64,000 nt of DNA from Candidatus Sumerlaeaceae bacterium (GTDB lineage Bacteria > Sumerlaeota > Sumerlaeia > Sumerlaeales > Sumerlaeaceae): contig JBMFRB010000003.1 of NCBI GenBank assembly GCA_049968255.1, forward strand, positions 256,998 to 320,997, written 5' to 3'. The stretch's first letter is position 1, and each line of letters opens with the position of its first letter. Shown here in pieces: positions 59,782-64,000 of this stretch. The position numbers and the translations under genes are program-made. Under the pieces are notes generated by a model. It was given only the letters and a program-made list of their open reading frames with translations, had not been told where the DNA came from and ran no database searches.

Positions 59782-60349
59782 CGTAGATCTCCGGCTTGAG
59801 CACGCCGATGCACGACAGATTGCGATAGCGCTCGCCGTAATCCAAACCGTAGCCGACGACAAAATCGTCTGGAATCTCGAAGCCGACGTATCGCAACGGT
59901 TGACGCAACTCGCGCTCGCGCACGCGCCGCTTGTTCAGCAGACAGCAGATCTCCAGACTTGCGGGCCCCTGGATACGCAAGAGCTCGCACACCACGTTGA
60001 GCGTGTGGCCCGTATCCAGGATATCCTCGACAATCAGCACGTGCTTACCGCGCAGATCAAGCTCAGCATCCTTCGTGATAATGACTTTGCCAGACGAGCT
60101 CGCCCCGCCGCGATAGCTCGACGCTCCAACGAGATCAAAAGCATGCGGAATCGTGATCGAGCGCATGAGATCGCTCAGAAACACAATTCCCCCCTTGAGT
60201 ATGCTGATGAGAACCAAGGGTTTGCCGCGGTAATCCTCAGAAATCTGCCGGCCAAGCTCGGCCACGCGTTTCGCAATCTCCTCGCGTGTGAAAAGCACGC
60301 GTTCAAGATCCTGGTACAGCTCGTTTTCGTGATCGGACGGAAAATGCAA
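59774..60349 (-). CDS. hpt: Hypoxanthine phosphoribosyltransferase
   Basis: ILKGG, SSY, VLIVEDILDTGHTL, FVVGYGLDY..YRNL; TTG start with GGAGGA RBS. Confidence 0.96.
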   Translation of the reverse strand: MHFPSDHENELYQDLERVLFTREEIAKRVAELGRQISEDYRGKPLVLISILKGGIVFLSDLMRSITIPHAFDLVGASSYRGGASSSGKVIITKDAELDLRGKHVLIVEDILDTGHTLNVVCELLRIQGPASLEICCLLNKRRVRERELRQPLRYVGFEIPDDFVVGYGLDYGERYRNLSCIGVLKPEIYGG

Positions 60350-60525
60350 GGCGATCCTCCGGAATGAAAGCTTGTTTTCTCGGACAACGATTATCAGCGT
60401 CGCTTGGCGCAGCCGATGCGCAACAAAAAACCAGCCCCCTGGTAGTTTACTCAAGAAAAGCGCTCACGACCGACGTTTTATCCAGAGCTCTTGGCCATGG
60501 GCCAGAAGGACATGGAGAAATGAAA

Positions 60526-61050
60526 ATGCAGCGATTACACAAATGGCTGGCAACAGCCCTGCTCGTGGCATTACCGACCCTCGTGCTGGCTCAGCTTACC
60601 GAGATCGGCGGCATCGGCAATATCTTCGAAAAACGTGCCTCGTCGAAGACCGAGACGAAGAAAAACACCAGAGCCACGCCGACGCCGAAAGCAAGTCCGA
60701 CGCCCCCCGCGCAAGGTCAGCGTGCGCAAGGGGCACCCCAACCTGGCCAACCTGGCACCGTAAAACCAGGCCAGCCAAGGTCGGTTCCTGCTCAGGGACA
60801 AGCGCAAGCAAAACCAGCAGCCAAACCCGGCAGCGGCGCAGTGCAGGCGCCAGCCAACACAGGCCAGCTCCGCATCGTCACGAAGGATTTGGCCGAATCG
60901 GTAAAAACTCGCCTCGTCGAATATGACGAGGATGCCTTACGCACGTCCGGAACAGCTATCATTTTAAGTCCCCGGCGTTACAAGCCGGAACTCTCCTCTG
61001 AGAGACAGAGCGGAAACTCCTCAAACCTGCGCAGCGTCTCGGGTTTGTAA
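60526..61050 (+). CDS. Secreted Pro/Gln/Ala-rich hypothetical protein
   Basis: GGAG RBS; signal peptide ending LVLA|Q; low-complexity centre. Confidence 0.65.
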   Translation: MQRLHKWLATALLVALPTLVLAQLTEIGGIGNIFEKRASSKTETKKNTRATPTPKASPTPPAQGQRAQGAPQPGQPGTVKPGQPRSVPAQGQAQAKPAAKPGSGAVQAPANTGQLRIVTKDLAESVKTRLVEYDEDALRTSGTAIILSPRRYKPELSSERQSGNSSNLRSVSGL

Positions 61051-61163
61051 ACAAGTCAATATGTAATCCCTTCCGGCACGGGTGCACAAATCTATCTCAC
61101 ACACGGTGCCCTGCAGCTTTGCCCCACCCAACGAACAGCTTACGCTTGCGACAACCCCGCGCC

Positions 61164-63917
61164 TCAGAAGCTTGAGCCTCGCATCGCACCCAGCGCGCAT
61201 AGGGCGTAGCCAAAGACAATCAGGACTACACCCACCCACAGAGCAGGTATCGCCACTGGTAGCATTGCCAACGCACTTTGGGCCACACGGGGTAAGACGA
61301 CCATCGCCACCCCCAAAACGATGAGGGCAGGACCCACGAGCCGTCGCGAGGTCGCACTCACGAGAAGAGCGACCGCGCAACCAAGCCCAACATAGCTCAG
61401 CAGGAGAGCTCTGGTTTCTTCTGGCAAAGGCAATCGTCCCATCGCAGCTGCGATAAACGCTCCGCCAGGCAATCGGTCGCCAAGCCACGCCCTGAGGAAG
61501 GGCAACATCATGGCCAGTCCGAGAATTGCCCGGCCGAGGCGAAAAGGCGTGCCAACGAGCCCCATCCGCACTAGCCCGCTCTTTCGCTTCTTCGCAAAGG
61601 GATCCTCGTATTTCACGCGATCCTTGGCCCCCACGGTCGTTTTGATTTCCGTGAGGATAACGGTTGCAGCGTCCTGCGCTTTGCGTTGCGCTTCCTCTTC
61701 CGACATTCCTTGCGCAGCGAGCCGTTTTGCTTCCACCTTGGCCAACTGCTTGACCTCGCGGGCTTCGCGCCGACGCCGCTCGATCTCGTCCAGCCAGCGG
61801 ATGATCGGATCGCGCCAAGGTGCATAGTGCTTGCGCCGCTGCACCTGCTCCGCTGCTGTCACCTTACCGCGCGCCAACACGAGGGCCTCGTAGCCAAACA
61901 GGTCCTCGAATAGTTCTTCCCACTCCTCGCCAGCGAAGCGTGCCACAAAATCCTGGACGGCCTCTTCCGGCATTCCCCGCACGCGCAGCTCTTTTAGCAT
62001 TTTGATGAGGTCCTTCAGCACTTGAACACGCTCGGCCCGGAGCCGCCGCAGCACACCAAATTCATAGCCGATGGCCAACGCCAGCGAAACGAGCAGGCTC
62101 GCCACCACAGTGAGGAAAAGGCCGACCTGAAAAGTGCCGGCGATGGCAAGCGCACCGGCAAAGATCGTTTTCACCCAGTCGATCAGCGCCATGCCAAACG
62201 CAGCCGACCGCAGACGCCGGAGGAAGTAGGAACGGGAGATAAGCCCATCCACAAGAACGGTCAGTACTGGTGTCAGTGCAAGGGTGAGCAGGAAAAATAA
62301 GCCTATCCGCGGTGCGCCCAGGACGAATGTCAGCAGAGCGAGAATGGCCGCAGCGCCCGCAAAGACCTTCGGCACAAGTTTCTGTAGGCGGCGCGTGGGT
62401 GCACCATAGTATCGCTTCTGCGCTTCTTCGAGAATCGCCAAATGAATCTCACGAGGCCGGAAGATGCCCTTGTCGCTTTCAATGCCAAGGTAAGCCTCGA
62501 GGTCGCGGATGACCTCACCCATGTCGGCATAACGGTCCTCGGGCGATTTTGCCAGCATCCGCTGAATGATGACTTTGAGCGTCTGCGGCACTCCACGCAC
62601 GTGTGTCTCTAGCGGCGGAACCGGTTCGTTGAGTTGCTTTGTGATGATCTCGTAGGCGGTTGTGCCCGAGAATGGCGGGCTGCCCGTGACGAGGTAATAA
62701 AGCGTGCATCCTAAGGCGTACTGGTCGGCACGCGCGTCCACGTTTGCTGCATCGCGAGCCTGCTCCGGCGCCATGTAGGCCGGCGTCCCCATCGCCACCG
62801 CCTTCAAAGTGATATCGCTTGCTGCCACCTTGCTCAGGGCCTGCTTGTCACTCGAGCTGCTGCTCCCACTTTCACTTTCAATCCGTGGATGCTCGAATTT
62901 CGCCAGCCCCAAATCTGCCACTTTCACCACGCCGAGATCATTGAGTAACAGGTTGTCCGGCTTAATGTCGCGATGGATAATTCCGTGATCGTGGGCGTAC
63001 TTGAGCGCTCGAGCGGCTTGAACTACATAGCCGACCGCATCGTCAATGTTGAGACGCCCATCGCGACGCACCATCTCGCCAAGGTTCGTGCCTCGTACGT
63101 ACTCCATAGCGATAAAATGCGTGTCGTTTTCGCTGCCCACGTCGTACACTTGCACCACATTGTGGTGAGTAAGCTGGGCAGCAGCTAGGGCCTCGCGGGT
63201 GAAGCGAGCTAAGAATTCTGGATTCCCCGCCATCTCCGCTGGGAGCACTTTGAGCGCTACATCCCGGTCCAGCGATTTCTGGCGAGCTAGATAGACGGTG
63301 CCCATTCCGCCTCGCCCGAGCGTGGCCTTAATTTCATAACCCCCCAGCTCCACACCCGTGAGATCGGCCCCGTGGGTAGTCCTTGGCTGCGTGGCTGAGC
63401 GCGGGGCGCCCGCGCTTGCAGGCGATTTTTGCGAGGGTTTCGGCGCAGCGGGCCGTTGCGGCGGCGACAGTATGGTTGCCCCCTCAGTATCCAGCTGGGA
63501 TTGCGGCCCAACGCCAGAGGGCTCTTCGATGACCGTTTTATCGTCATATCGCGAGGAGGCGTGAGATGGCTTGCTTTCACCGGCCGAAGGCGTGCTGGCT
63601 AATGGTGGGGCGGTTTTGCCTCGTGCTTGGGGAAAAACCCCAAGGTTGGTCGGCGAGTCTCCGCTAAGGTAGCCTGCACTCGTAGCGTTCTCCGCCTTCG
63701 CATCAAGAATCGTAGGGAGCTCATGAATGTTTGGCGGTTCCGGCGCCACCTGGGGTTTAGTCGGACTTGTGGGCCTAGCCTCGTTCTGGGCGTTGGCATC
63801 GGCCCTTGCAACGATCACGGGAAAAACAGCAAAGCATTCCGGACACTGCACCAGCCCTTGGCTCAAGCTGTCGTCAGATTCCCATGTGGCGCCGCATTTT
63901 TTGCAGGTGAACTTCAC
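61164..63917 (-). CDS. Membrane Hanks-type Ser/Thr kinase with N-terminal zinc ribbon
   Basis: CKKC...CPEC, GRGGMGTV, VALK, HRDIKPDN, DLGLAK, GTPAYMAPE, two TM bundles; GTG start with GGAG RBS. Confidence 0.94.
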   Translation of the reverse strand: MKFTCKKCGATWESDDSLSQGLVQCPECFAVFPVIVARADANAQNEARPTSPTKPQVAPEPPNIHELPTILDAKAENATSAGYLSGDSPTNLGVFPQARGKTAPPLASTPSAGESKPSHASSRYDDKTVIEEPSGVGPQSQLDTEGATILSPPQRPAAPKPSQKSPASAGAPRSATQPRTTHGADLTGVELGGYEIKATLGRGGMGTVYLARQKSLDRDVALKVLPAEMAGNPEFLARFTREALAAAQLTHHNVVQVYDVGSENDTHFIAMEYVRGTNLGEMVRRDGRLNIDDAVGYVVQAARALKYAHDHGIIHRDIKPDNLLLNDLGVVKVADLGLAKFEHPRIESESGSSSSSDKQALSKVAASDITLKAVAMGTPAYMAPEQARDAANVDARADQYALGCTLYYLVTGSPPFSGTTAYEIITKQLNEPVPPLETHVRGVPQTLKVIIQRMLAKSPEDRYADMGEVIRDLEAYLGIESDKGIFRPREIHLAILEEAQKRYYGAPTRRLQKLVPKVFAGAAAILALLTFVLGAPRIGLFFLLTLALTPVLTVLVDGLISRSYFLRRLRSAAFGMALIDWVKTIFAGALAIAGTFQVGLFLTVVASLLVSLALAIGYEFGVLRRLRAERVQVLKDLIKMLKELRVRGMPEEAVQDFVARFAGEEWEELFEDLFGYEALVLARGKVTAAEQVQRRKHYAPWRDPIIRWLDEIERRRREAREVKQLAKVEAKRLAAQGMSEEEAQRKAQDAATVILTEIKTTVGAKDRVKYEDPFAKKRKSGLVRMGLVGTPFRLGRAILGLAMMLPFLRAWLGDRLPGGAFIAAAMGRLPLPEETRALLLSYVGLGCAVALLVSATSRRLVGPALIVLGVAMVVLPRVAQSALAMLPVAIPALWVGVVLIVFGYALCALGAMRGSSF

Positions 63918-64000
63918 CCCAAGCACTCCCTGAGAAAATCGCAACGCTCGCGTTGTTGCTGGAGATTTTATAACAATGGTCTGCGGTGTCAAGTGAGAGC

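Overview
This is a GC-rich bacterial core-chromosome segment with about 50 CDS and 2 tRNAs (Gly-GCC, Ala-GGC). I saw no integrase, transposase, prophage or CRISPR array. A GspG-like pseudopilin ending YDPTNGTVSNGDI and a secreted enzyme ending VADWTLY suggest Candidatus Sumerlaeota (BRC1); this is my inference, not a database result. Main content: truB; a heme-A/oxidase assembly operon (ctaA-ctaB-ABC exporter-SCO-DUF420); a secreted GH119/GH57-fold amylase; three GT-C-type membrane glycosyltransferases; murB, accA, stand-alone gltB, glnD, GH38 mannosidase, beta-CASP nuclease, dihydropyrimidinase, ilvE, dtd, cydAB, hinT, hpt, an FHA-EAL protein and a membrane Ser/Thr kinase. Best novelty candidates: (1) divergent from cydAB, a Cys-rich DUF2946/CruR-like leader ORF, hairpins, then a 68-aa signal-peptide-bearing metallothionein-like protein (50027-50915); (2) an aldo-keto reductase fused to a chlorite-dismutase/ChdC-like heme domain directly behind cydB; (3) an archaeal/eukaryotic-type (CDKAL1/e-MtaB) tRNA methylthiotransferase; (4) a putative VxDWxLY C-terminal sorting motif. 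All calls were made by eye from motifs; many starts were moved downstream of the ORF track using RBS or overlap evidence.
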